DNA from: Octopus vulgaris
Lineage: Eukaryota
NCBI GenBank assembly: GCA_951406725.2
Contig: OX597823.1
Coordinates: 116,498,001 to 116,562,000 of the forward strand
Length of the DNA stretch: 64,000 bases
Direction: 5' to 3'
Positions 26,368 to 39,270 of this stretch are shown one piece after another (position 1 is the stretch's first letter; each line of letters starts with the position of its first letter). A model generated the notes under the pieces. That model saw only the letters and a program-made list of their open reading frames with translations, was not told the DNA's origin and did no database searches. The position numbers and the translations under genes were made by a program.

Positions 26368-26803
26368 AGGCATAGGAGTGGCCGTGTGGTAAGTAGCTTG
26401 CTTACGAACCACATGGTTCTGAGTTCAGTCCCACTGCATGGCACCTTGGGCAAGTGTCTTCTACTATAGCCTCAGGCTGACCAAAGCCTTGTGAGTGGAT
26501 TTGGTAGACAGAAACTCAAAGAAGCCCATCGTATATATGTATATATATATATATATATACACACACATACATATATATATATATGTATGTGTGTGTATAT
26601 GTTTGTGTGTCGGTGTTTGTCCCTCCAACATCGCTTGACAACTGATGCTGGCGTGTTTCAGTCCCCGTAACTTAGCGGTTCGGCAAAAGAGACTGATAGA
26701 ATAAGTACTAGTCTTACAAATAAGTCCTGGGGTTGACTTAATCGACTAAAAGGCGGTGCTCCAGCATGGCCACAGTCAAATGACTGAAACAAGTAAAAGA
26801 GTA
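26368..26803 (+). mobile_element. SINE family A, full length
   Basis: Complete head, TA tract and tail. Confidence 0.9.
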
Positions 26804-26804
26804 G

Positions 26805-27930
26805 CTATTTGGGCACATTTTTGTTCAATAGCTGCTCTCAGTTCATTAATCATCAGTTTTGTACCATAAAATTTATCTTTTAAGTATTCGCATAAAGCAA
26901 AGTTTCTAGTGGTGTAAAGTCTGATGAACATGGAAGGTATCTTACTGAATCACTTTGTCCATTTGCCCAATTTGGCAAAAGTTCATCAATGTAGCTTGCT
27001 ACATTTTGTCGGTAGTGTAGTGTGTTCGTTGTTGCTGAAAATAAAACTTCACGTCTTCAAATCTTCTTGAATGCTTGGCATGACAGATTGTTGCAGGATG
27101 TTCAGTTAAAATGAATAATTCTCAGTGCTGTCATAACAGAATAATCCAATTAATACTTCTCGTAATAAGCTGCACCATATAACAACACATGATAAATTAA
27201 CATGATGCTCCTCCATACCATACCGATTCTCAGGTCTGTGCTGGAAAGTGCACATGTTCTACACATCCTGCTGAGTACCACTTACAAAACTTCACTTTTC
27301 AGTCCAGATCATCTTCAGTGTAAACATGAACAATACTTGGATTGTAACTTTTCAGGAGGAATTACAACCGTGTTTTGTGGTCTGCTACCACAACAGCTCC
27401 TATATAGGATCCAGTTAGCTCAAGACATCATCAGGAGGAACCACGTCCGGTTTCAGCCCCTGCTCCTCTAGCGTTTTGACGTGGTGGGGCCCCCACTTTC
27501 GGAGGTGTCTTCAGCTCTGGTGTTGGGTGCATGTCTTCTTTCTTCTTCTTTCTTCTGTTCCCTGGCCCCTTTGATGTAGCGCCGAGTGTCAGCCGGTGAC
27601 TGACTTGTCAAATTTTTTCCTTTAAATACCTGCAGCTAGGCTCCAGCAGGCAACCCCAGCATGTTGTCAAGTGACACTGTCTCAACTTTAACTGACCAAT
27701 CAAGGCACGTAGTCTTAGCCCAGGCATTCTCTAAACGACCGTCATGTGATGAACACTTCATTTTCAAATTCCTGTTTCACAACTCACTTGTTGCACAGAA
27801 AATCTTGTTGCACAGATTTTCTTAAATCTCTGGCAAAATGCTTCTAATACACTTTCCTGCTTTATGGGGTGCATTAATGTCCACTGCCTTTTGTAATGTT
27901 TCTTGTAGACATTTTGAACAGTTCTTTCTT
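26805..27930 (-). mobile_element. Decayed Tc1/mariner-superfamily transposase, interrupted at ~27351-27740
   Basis: Reverse complement gives VVIWCSL...LNILQQSVMPSIQE, FYFQQ, VASYIDELLPNW, PCSSDFTPLE and YLKDKFYGTK..INELRAAIEQ, remnants of FQQDGA / PPRSPDLTPLD / YLKDKVY. Confidence 0.7.
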
Positions 27931-28379
27931 CTTCAGACTTTTCTCTAATTTGAGTGGCAGTAAGTCCCTGTTTGAAACTCCCTCCTAAACTGTCCCAGAA
28001 ACAGTTTTCTTGGTTCAAAGCTTAGTCTAGCTCACTTCAATGCCACCAGAAGTGCTACACCATTTGTGTGGTGTGGAAAATATTCCATCAATATTGCAAG
28101 GACGACATGACCTTTGATCGTTGGGCTTCTCAGAGGCAATGACAAAAGGTCGAGACCTCGGGAGATATGCTGTGACTGCAAAGACCCAACAAATAAAGTG
28201 AGTTCACAGCTGTATCCTACACTAGTTTTGCATAACCAGCCCCAGCCCATTCAAAAGTACCTTGGATCGTAGGATGACCTGTTGTGCTTACCTTGGATTG
28301 TAGGGTAACCTGCTGTGCTTGAGGAGACCTATTGAGTCAAGTACATCAACATCAAAAAATCAAATGGAAATTGTAGTTG

Positions 28380-28706
28380 TGATACCTGTGCCAGTCGCAC
28401 GTAAAAAGCACCATCCGAATGTGGCTTGTGCCAGCACCGCCTTGATTGGCTTCAGTGCCGGTGGCACATAAAAAGTACCAACCAATCATGGCTGTTGCCA
28501 GCCTCCTCTGATCCCTGTACCGGTGGCATGTAAAAAGCACCCACTTCACTCACGGAGTGGTTGGCATTAGGAAGGGCATCCAGCTGTAGAATTACTGCCA
28601 GATCAGACTGGAGCCTGGTGCAACCTCCTAGCTTCCCAAACCCAAGTCGAACCATCCAACCCATGCTAGCATGGAAAATGGACGTTAAACAATGATGATG
28701 ATGATG
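28380..28706 (+). mobile_element. SINE family C
   Basis: gtgccggtggcac units; ggagtggttggcattaggaagggcatccagc; (GAT)n end. Confidence 0.8.
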
Positions 28707-28944
28707 TTGGCATCAATTTTATAATCCACCCAGGACTTGGCCCCTGTGCTATCCTCCCACTACAAAAATCGAACTCAGGACATATGAGTGGATTCCTCGT
28801 GTTTAAATGTATTTTATGACTAATACATAGTCTTTGGACTCAATTTTTACACGCTAGGCCACTGGAAATGGAAATTTTAATTAATTTCCATTTCCCTTTG
28901 ATATGATTAAGTATATGTATATATGTGTATATATATATATAGTT

Positions 28945-28986
28945 TGATTTGAAAACCCCACTAGAATGGGAGAAAGCGCTAATACA
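28945..28986 (+). ncRNA. Hammerhead-like variant with U3:A8 core in a short insert (28941-29082) within (TA)n
   Basis: TGAT-TTGAAAA-C CCCA CTAGAA TGGG A-GAAA-GCGC-TA-ATACA. Confidence 0.5.
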
Positions 28987-29080
28987 TGATCTAAGTTATA
29001 TGATGTATAAAAAATGTAATATACACATAAATATCTGTAAATATAAACTATCCGATTTTCTGAGTACCTCATTTCTTCTA

Positions 29081-29133
<53 letters not shown>

Positions 29134-29138
29134 TGTGC

Positions 29139-29190
<52 letters not shown>

Positions 29191-29797
29191 TCATGTGCAT
29201 GTGTGTGTATATATATATATATATGCATGCATGTATGTATGTATGTATGTGTGTGTGTATATATATACACACACACACATGCATTTTATATCTGTATATA
29301 CACTGCACACAGGATATGCTTTTTCTACAGTTTCGTTTTTATCCACATTTGCCAACCAAGGCATTGAACTCCAGAAATTGAATCCAAACATAAACCATGT
29401 CAGCACTGCCAGTCTTGGAGGATGTACCACATTCAAAATATTCTTCTTGATATTAGTCACTAAGAAAATGTAAATTAAAACTTCAAAATGACCATTAACT
29501 CCACTTAAATCAGCCATTTTTCTGTCGCTCTTAATCTTAAATAGATCTTTAACAGTTATGAACATTTAATCCACTTTTCAGAATAACTAATAAAAAAAGT
29601 TGTATGAACTACAGAAGCTAGTCATCAACCCTCGACTTTGATCAAACATCTCTGGTCACTTTAATTACCTTGCACCCCCCACCCTCACACACGCCAGCCA
29701 CTATAAATCCTACAGGTTGCTATCTATCAAACTTCTCAAATATTTCACAAGGCAGATGCACCAATAAACTTAATACTTTATCGAAAGGTTTTCTTAC

Positions 29798-29854
29798 CTC
29801 TTTCAATCCAATCAACATAAACTTTGATGTCATCGGTTCACTGCACATCATGAA
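29798..29854 (-). CDS. Candidate 57-nt exon (FMMCSEPMTSKFMLIGLKE)
   Basis: ctaat branch-like site, ccttctttcaag| acceptor, strong donor GAG|GTAAGA; phase-0 frame open; no family recognised. Confidence 0.25.
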
Positions 29855-30401
29855 CTTGAAAGAAGGTTAACAGAATTAGGTTATCAACATTGATTACAGA
29901 TACTGACTGTTCTCTTTAATTCGCTTCTACTAATACATTGATCACAATGAAGCATTAATTTGATTCACTGGAAAATACCCCTCGTTTCTTTGGTCTTATC
30001 ATTTCAGCTATCTCCTGCCTTATCAATGGTAGATTCTCCTTACAATTTCCATTCCTCTTCAACCCTGTATCTAACACTGATATTATTCATTGCATGGTCA
30101 ATTGAATAAATGCCCCTTGAGAGTTTGGAGCTTCTGCTAACTGTTCTAAGAGTATTAAATAATTAATTTTGATCCCTATTGGTTTCCTTCCCAATATTCC
30201 AATATCTTCAAACTTTAACTTGTTTCATTTGTTTTAGTTCGGATTTTTTTTCTTTGCTTGTTTTATTTGTTTTTTTTTCTTTCCTCAGGCATCATTAAAG
30301 TCGAAACTGTTTGTAGCTTTCTGCTTTCAAGTCTTCACCCCCCACCACACACATCACTCAGAAACTGCTATAATCCATTCTCTTCATTGCTACTATTTTC
30401 A

Positions 30402-30710
30402 TCTATAAAAATAAAGATGAGAATGTATGTCTGTGTGTGTGTCTGTCTGTCAGTTTGAATCTCTAAAACTCAAGAACCACACAACCAGTTTCATTCAAAT
30501 TTTACACATGCCTTACTTAGGATCCATGTAGTGTCATGGGCAAAAAAGATTTTCAACTTCTTGCCTAATGTGAGCTCAGAGCAATGTCTTATCTTTTACA
30601 CTATTTCAGTATTGCATGTCTAAAGTGAAACAATAACATCTCTATTGTAATGTGAGATACTTTCAGTTTCACTATCAATGCTGAAACTATTAAAGTGAAA
30701 CTAATATCTC
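30402..30710 (+). mobile_element. 5' part of a Helitron-type non-autonomous element
   Basis: A|TCTATAAAAATAAAG start, (GTCT/GT)n and the ccagtttcattcaaatttt motif typical of these elements. Confidence 0.5.
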
Positions 30711-30755
30711 ACATATATATACATATATGCATGCATACATACATACATACATACA

Positions 30756-30788
<33 letters not shown>

Positions 30789-31091
30789 CATGGCACTCCG
30801 TTGGTTATGATGATGAGGGTTCCAGTTGATCCGATCAGCAGAACAGCCTGAACTGGAGCATTATGAAATAAAGTGTTTTGCTCAAGGAAACAATGTATTG
30901 TCAAGAATTGAACTCATGACATTACAATCATGAACTGAACATGCTAACCCAGCGTTTCTCAACCAGGGGCTCCCTGGAAACCTAGGGTTCCGCAAAAGGT
31001 TCCTAGGGGCTCCGCAAGAAAGAGTGAGATAAGCTAATGTTAATTTCATGATTGTAATATTACAATATATATATATATGTAATTACATACT

Positions 31092-31197
<106 letters not shown>

Positions 31198-31283
31198 GAA
31201 GAATTGACAAAAAAAACAAAAAAAAAGACAGGTAGTGTAGACAACAAGCAGGTATTAGTTTAACACTAGGCAAGTGAGAAAGT

Positions 31284-31319
31284 CTTTAACATTTCGAACC
31301 TATGCTCTTCCACAGAAAG
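31284..31319 (-). ncRNA. Hammerhead-like variant (CUGUGGA core)
   Basis: Reverse complement: CTTT-CTGTGGA-A-GAGC ATAG GTTC-GAAA-TG-TT-AAAG; in a ~200-bp insert next to (TA)n. Confidence 0.55.
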
Positions 31320-31464
31320 GAACATAGAAAGAAACAGGGAGACAAAATAAAGAAAGAGAAAATAAAGAATGTGTAGTGGCTAACGATCTATAATGGTGTA
31401 CATATATAGGATATTTTCTATATGAACAACAATGACAAATACATGAGAAAAATATGGTATATTC

Positions 31465-31662
31465 TTTTTACTCTTTTACTTGTTTCTGTCATTTTGACTG
31501 TGGCCATGCTGGAGCACTACCTTTAGTCGAGCAAATCGACCCCAGGACTTATTCTTTGTAAGCCTAGTACTTATTCTATTGGCCTGTTTTGCCGAACCAC
31601 TAAGTTACAGGGACGTAAACACACCAGCATCGGTTGTCAAGCAATGTTGGGGGACACACACA

Positions 31663-31715
<53 letters not shown>

Positions 31716-31830
31716 TGGGCTTTTTTCAGTTTCCGTCTACCAAATCCATTCACAAGGCTTTGGTCGTCCCGAAGCTATAGTAGAAGACTATAACCCAGAA
31801 CCATGTGGTTGGTAAGCAAGCTACTTACCA
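31465..31830 (-). mobile_element. SINE family A
   Basis: Tail and partial head motifs. Confidence 0.85.
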
Positions 31831-32184
31831 GGGCTTCCTTGAGACATGTAATTTGTTTTAAGGGTTACACAAGGGTAAAACGTTTGAGAAACACTGCTCG
31901 AACCACTTAGCCACGAGCCTTCATGGTTATGAATAAATATGCAAAAGGATCACTTAAACCAACAAAAAAGAAATGCCGTTACCATAGCATCTTCTCATTC
32001 AACTGAGAATGATGACGAGACATCGATTCAAGGTAGCATATCAACAGAAATATGTTAACAAAAGGGTCTTTTGGGGTCAATGAAATAATTTCCATTTAAG
32101 ATGGGTTGATATAATTGACTAAACCTCTTGCACAAAATTTCAGGCCTTTCACCGATAATAATAGAAAGGATTATTATTATTCTT

Positions 32185-32373
32185 TGCCGGTGGCACATAA
32201 AAGCACCCACTACACTCTCGGAGTGGTTGGCGTTAGGAAGGGCATCCAGCTGTAGAAACTCTGCCAGATCAAGATTGGAGCCTGGTGCAGCCATCTGGTT
32301 TGCCAGACCTCAGTCAAATCATCCAACCCATGCTAGCATGGAAAGCGGACGGTAAACGATGATGATGATGATG
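32185..32373 (+). mobile_element. SINE family C, 3' part
   Basis: Homology to 5870-6060. Confidence 0.85.
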
Positions 32374-33194
32374 ACAATAATGATGTGCAATATATTCAAT
32401 AAGCAAATATGTGGAGTCACCTCAGTAGATTCTGTGGATTATCCGCTGGGTCTATTGTAGCCAGAAGAGAATACAAAAATGACAAATTTCATCTTCCATT
32501 AAAACCTCATCACTACTCCTTTACCTCTCCTCACTAACTGCGTGGATTAAGAAGAATACAACTCTCTATAAGGAGTGTATATAAGCAAAATTATGACAAA
32601 CCAAAGGAAATCTATAGATTGACAGCTAGGTATTAATAACTGCAGACGTTGACATTAATACAGCTGGGTTTATGAATAAATATGTGGCCAGAAGTTGTTT
32701 ACAGTGTGGTTAATAAATATATATTTAGCCTAGTAGTGAAAATATAGCCTTTGGATAAATCGTGTGTGAATGATTGAGTTTGTGTGTGTGTAAAAGCATT
32801 AGTTTTGACTGAGATTTCAAGTTTCACCTAATGACTTGCCCATTTAACCAGAGAGAGAGAAAAACTAGGAGAGAGAAAGGGAGAGAGAGAAAAAAAGAGA
32901 GAGATACTTGTTGGCCAACCCATTAAGAGTCCTAAAATTAAAATAATTTTTACAAATCTGATTCTAATTTTAGTGCCATATCTCCCCGCTACCGTTAAAT
33001 ATTCTGTTGTTACCCTTAAAATTATTTTAAAATAACAGCCCAGAATTAATATCTATATATCACTTTGCTTGATAACAAGTAAAGGTTTGTGACAGGAAGA
33101 GCATCCGACTGTAGAGAATCTGCTGCAATAAACTCCACCTGACTCATAAAAGAAGCCTTGAAAAGTGGACATTAAAATGTGAAAGGAAAATATA

Positions 33195-33370
33195 GATATT
33201 TCATGTCCAGCATTTTCTACATGTTATATTTCACATCCAACAGTCTCTGCAGCTCATATTTCACGCACAACATACTACATCTTGTATTTCATTTATAAAG
33301 AGTCTCCAGCTCATATAATTCACATTTACCTGTTTTTACATTGCATATTTCTTATCCAACATTCCCTCCT
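33195..33370. repeat. Degenerate ~30-bp tandem repeat, about 6 units
   Basis: ATATTTCA...CAAC-like motif recurs every 28-32 bp. Confidence 0.55.
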
Positions 33371-34397
33371 CTCCTGTATCCCTGTTCTTCATCATTCACA
33401 TCATTTCCCATGTCTTCATAACATTTGTTCCTCAAGTTCAATGCAAGTGACTGTACATAGTTATTGGTCTCACTAGAAATAGCAGCAAAATTTCTCTCAA
33501 ACTACACCTTAACATATTAACTAAAGGGAAGTCACATTGGAAAATGTTACATGACAGGGATGTTTATGGGTTGACTGTCTTTGATGATAGCCCTGCTTGC
33601 CTAGAGTAAATTAAGGGGGAAATCATTTATATCATTTTGTTTATAATATTACAAAGAGACTGGAAAAGAGAGGAAAAGAGAAGGCGAGAGAGAGAGAGAT
33701 TTGAACCAGTTAAAGTAGCATCTTTTCACTCTTCTCTTATTTCATCAATACCCAGAATGCTATATATTTCATAAACATACATTTTAAATGTTTATATTTT
33801 TTATCAACATAAATATTCATTGTGATAGTTGAAACATATCGAGTAGTAATATATAAATTGTGTCACCACCACCACCACCACCATCAGCGCAACCTCAGTT
33901 ATGGGCAATAATGCTGAATAAAGCAGATCATGATACATATTCCATATAGATAGGTTACATGTTTTGAATAAAGGTCGGTCAACAAGATGAAGCAATAATG
34001 AGAGATGAGAAGCGAGAGAGAGGTAGAGAGGGTGAGAGAGAGAGAGCAAGAGAGAGAGAGAGTGACCAATATTTAAATATTGGAGAAATAGAGGAAAACA
34101 AAACAAAAAAAATACCATGTCTATATTGTCTAAGATATTACTATGTTAATTCTCAAAGCCCTAACTTTCAGGTGTCTATACATCAAATCTGTGGAATGTG
34201 TATATATACACTAATCAAGGAAAGTATTTCATAATAGATTTAGTAGTTATTGAGATGTAAAATCCATTTCCTTTCATTTTCCATTGTTCTGTTTTTATTC
34301 TATTATTACATGCGGTTGTATTATATATACACACACACACATATATATATAAATGAATCACTTCAGTTACAAATACATATATATATATATGTGTGTG

Positions 34398-34434
<37 letters not shown>

Positions 34435-34513
34435 ATGTATATATATATATGTGTATATATATATATGTGTATATGTATATGTATGCATATATATATATAT
34501 ATATATATGTGTG

Positions 34514-34544
<31 letters not shown>

Positions 34545-34584
34545 ATATATATATGTATATATATGTGTGTGTATGTATATATAA

Positions 34585-34652
<68 letters not shown>

Positions 34653-35614
34653 ATGTATGTATATATGCATATGCAGAGAGAGAGAGAGAGAGAGATGTAC
34701 GAGTGCATGTAAATGTGTGTCTATATACGTGTATATCTAATCCTGTATATGTTTTGGGCCTGTTTTTGTGTTGTTCTATGCTCGCAAGACATTTTGTTAA
34801 AATGTTGCTCAATGAGAAAAGTTTGTCTAAACTTCAGCAGCTGCTAAAGATATTCGCTGCATATACTTCAGGGACGCTTCTTAGATTGCAAAAGCGCCGG
34901 TAACTACAGCAGAATATTTAAGTGTTATTTTATAAGTTTGCTGGCTTTTATTGCCATCAGCATCGGCTCAGGCTGGAATAACTGCATTATCGAGAATGGC
35001 AGTTCCGATATTAAAGGAAAGAAATAATAGCAAATGAATGTACAAACCAAGAATTCTATAATATAACAATATAAGCTATGACAAAGTAATACACACTCCA
35101 CCCTCAGAAAAACAACAACAACAACAGCAACTAGGAAAAGGCCACACTTGTATGAACTTACTAAATCTTTGTTATTTTTGTTGTTGTTGTTGTTGTTGTT
35201 GTGTGAAAGTATAGAATACATAGCGATATAACATATTGAATACAGAGATGTTTGTCAATATAGCAGCCTTTGATGTAATGCATCATTTAACTTTGAAACA
35301 AAAATCTATTTCTTAACACAATTTAGCAATAAATAAATAAATAAATAAATAAATCAGAATGTCTTTTTCTCCCACCCCACCCCCGCCTCCTCCTTTCTCC
35401 TTCGCCCCCCCCCCCCTCCCTCCACACAAAACTTATACACACTCACATACAATGTTTCGAAACTATCTACAAATTTGATTTTAAATCAAAATATTTTCAA
35501 TTTTGTGTTTGATTTTCTTTACCTGAGATAGTTTAATAGATTGATGTGTTGATGGATAGATAGACAATAGTTTTGGAGAGTTGAGTGGGTTGCTAGATAA
35601 GCAGGGTAGGGTGT

Positions 35615-35618
35615 AGGT

Positions 35619-35668
<50 letters not shown>

Positions 35669-36110
35669 GTAGATAGATATATATAGATAGATAGATAGAT
35701 ATATATAGATATAGATAGATAGGTAGATAGATATATATAGATAGATAGATAGATATATATAGATATAGATAGATAGATAGATAGATAGATATATAGACAG
35801 ATAGATAGATAGACAGACAGATAGATAGATAGATAGATAGATAATTAGAAAGGGAGATAGATAGATAGAAAGATAGATAGGTATCGCTAGATAGATATAG
35901 ATTGATAGTTATTGATAAATAGATAGATAGAAAGATAGAAAGATAGATAGGGAGGTAGGTAGGTAGGTATATAAAGAAATTGACAGATAGGTAGATTGTT
36001 AAATAGACAGACATACAGACAGGCATGCAGAGAGACAGACAGATAGATAGATAGATAAAGAAATTGAGAGACAGATAGGTAGATAGATTGATAAATAGAT
36101 AGATAGATCC
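35615..36110. repeat. (GATA)n/(GACA)n tetranucleotide satellite
   Basis: Direct inspection. Confidence 0.95.
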
Positions 36111-36976
36111 TTGGATAACTGTTTAGCAGATGCATCTATGTGTGTGCACATATGTATATGTGAGCTTTCGCAGTTATATTTATACATATATATTTATAAA
36201 TATGTGTATGTATATATGTGTATGTGTGAGTATATTAATATACCTTGTCAATTCAAACTGTCTATATGTTGAAATTTAATAAATATATATTATTTTCACT
36301 GCTGACACCATCTCTATCCCCATCATCATAATCATTATCATCATCACATCATCATCATTATAATCGTCATGTTACATGCCACTCTCTTGTACCAGTCTTT
36401 CTCTCTCTCTCTCTCTCTCTTAGTCTTTTCTCAATCTCTCTGCATATAGCATTGTGTCCATATGTGCCTTTGTGGGGCACACCTATATTTGTATGTGTTT
36501 TGAAGACACACACATGTGCACATACAAAGATATATATATATATATATAAATTCTTATCACTATTTCTCCACCTAAATCAGACAATACGCAGGAAACACAT
36601 ATTAAAAGAAAGATGTATTTTATTTAAATATTTAATTCATTTATATCTTTTTTATTCACCATTTCCTCGTGTAACTCTCTCTCTCCTCATGCATCACTTT
36701 CTCTCTCTGTACGTATTCTATATATGTATCTGTATATATAAATATATGTATGTATATGTGTGTGTGTGTGTATGGATGTGTATATATATATATTTATATA
36801 TATGTGTGTGTGTGTGTGTATGTATATATATATATGTGTGTGTGCATGTACATATACATACATATATGTATGTATGTCTTTGCATGTATATATATGTATA
36901 TGTGTATGTATGTATATATATACATATGTATATGTGTATGTATATATGTATATGTATATATATATGTATGTATATA

Positions 36977-37029
<53 letters not shown>

Positions 37030-37384
37030 ATATACACACATATATATATTTACATATACCCCCACACACATACACATACATCTGTATATCATTTTCACTG
37101 GCAACATATATCTACAATTCTTACATATTCAATTTCCTCCTGTCCTCACCTTACATTTCACTCATTCAAGAAATAATTCCTCTACCTCTACCTCATTTGC
37201 TCCCCTCCACCTTCTCCTCTCTACCTTTCTACATTTTTATTTCTAATAATTCTTTATTTCTTTCCATGGCATTACTTTTGTTATTACCATCATCTTCCAC
37301 CATCAACACCACTATCATGAGAAAACACCACCACCACCACCATCTCCACTATGACTGCCACCATCCCCACCATCGAAGGTGGTG

Positions 37385-37900
37385 TGCATTGTGTGGTAAG
37401 AAGTTTGCTTCTTAACATCATAATTCTGGGTTCAGTCCCACCGCAAAGCACCTTGGGCAAGTGTCTTCTACTATGGCTTCAGGCCAATCAAAGCCTTTGT
37501 AAGTGAATTTGGTACACGGAAAGTGAAAGAAGCCCATCTTGTGCATGTGCGTGTGTGTGTGTTTGTATGCATGTGTGTGTGTTTGAGTCTGTGTATTTGT
37601 GTATGTGTGATTGTGTGTGCTTGTGTGTGTGTGTGTGCTACATACATACATACATACATACATACATACATCTTTGTGTGAGTCTCTGTGTCTGTGTTTG
37701 CCCTCCATCACCACCTGAGAACTGATATTGGAGTGTACATGTCCCCATAACTTAACAGTTTGGCAAAAGAGACCAATAGAAAATATACCATGCTTAGAAG
37801 ATATAATACATACTGGGCCAAGGTATTTGACTAAAATTGTTCAAGGTGGTGCTCCAGCATGGCTGCAGTATCACTGACTGAAACAAGCTAAAACTAAAAG
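37385..37900 (+). mobile_element. SINE family A (older copy)
   Basis: Head and tail motifs. Confidence 0.8.
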
Positions 37901-38519
37901 ATAACAGATTAAGTTAACTTATTTGAGTTCTTATCCAGTTTGGTCTAAGCTGGCTTCTCATGTTTTGAAATTGATCATACTAGTAGTACTAATAATAACC
38001 TGGTGTTCAGTATAGTAACTGTGCATCTCCCCTCTTCAATAATTCCACATATATGCTGCATGCCAGAATAAATGCCTTGTGGTATTTGCTCTGGCACTTC
38101 AGGTTCTGAGTTCAAATCCCACTTAATTCAACTTTGTCTTTCTTCTTTCTTTTTTGAGGGGTCAGTAAATATAAAGTACCAATTTAAGTGCAGGGGCTAA
38201 TGATATCAACTTATGCCCTCCTCTCAAAACTGGTGGCCTTGTGTGTAAATTTGCTGGGGAGTGTGCAGCATTGTATGTTCTTTTTTGTTTGTTAGCGGAG
38301 TGCAATCTTTTCCTGGTGTTGTGTTGTATCAGTTTCTTTTGTTATGAGGTCTGGTGCAGTCTTTTGTTGTATTAGTGTTTGTAACGTGTGTTGTATGTGT
38401 AATGTGAATTATGTTCTTCTATTGGGTAATTAGCCTGCTGGACATTGTTTATTTTATTGGATATTTGCTATATAGAGCATGTCTTGTTTTGTAGATTGTT
38501 TTGTCTGAGTTGTATTATT

Positions 38520-39270
38520 GAATTGGTAGTGTCTTACATAGGATGTGGGCTTTTCCTAGCCAGACACAAGTTTACACATACACAAATTTTTTGGATAGTG
38601 TGTAATATTGAGGGGCAGGCATAGCTTCTACACATTTTTCATATGCTTTTTTATCATGCTGACAGTTCCAGTTATCTCTGGTATTGTTTTCACCTTCATG
38701 CCCCACATCTTCAATACTTCAATTTCAAGGTCTTTGTACTTCAACAATTTCCCCACTTCTTTTTGGGAAATATTTTGGTCAGAAGGGACTGCAATGTCTA
38801 TCAGTAAGCTGATGTGTTTCTTCCCCAATCCTAGATTATCATGTGTGTGGGATTGCTTTTATTTCTTTGTCAAGTTGAACAGGCATGTCCCAGATGCTTG
38901 TCTCCTGGTCATTGTTTGGTACCTTGTTTGGCACGTGTTTATACCATTTATTGTTAATTTTTATGTTGTAGTGCTCACACGTGGTTCAATGGATATAATT
39001 ACTTACTCAGTCATGTCTGTATATATATTCAGATTTGCCACAAGGACTGGACAGCCAGAGATGTGGTCAACTGTCTCATTGTGCTGGTTGCACATTCTGC
39101 ATTTGGTGTTAGGGTCTGTTTTCATTATTTTGCTTTTATAGTTGTTTGTAGTCAGGCATTCACCTTTCGGTGACTTCTGCTGTGAAGTAGGGTCTAACAA
39201 TTTTTTCAGTTTCAGCTTTGAGCCCTGAGTATCTCGGTCTGTGTTATGACTTTTATTCATCTATTAGCAC
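38520..39270 (-). mobile_element. Decayed non-LTR retrotransposon with restriction-like endonuclease (R4/Dong-like); probably extends towards ~41 kb
   Basis: CCHC knuckle KCRMCNQHNETVDHISGCPVL and REL-type segment LLIDIAVPSDQNISQKEVGKLLKYKDLEIEVLKMWGMKVKTIP. Confidence 0.8.

Noticed and set aside
27425-27520. Minus-strand CTGAAGA/GAAA/CTGATGA words in the GC-rich insert
   Set aside because: No stem II pairing in the required positions
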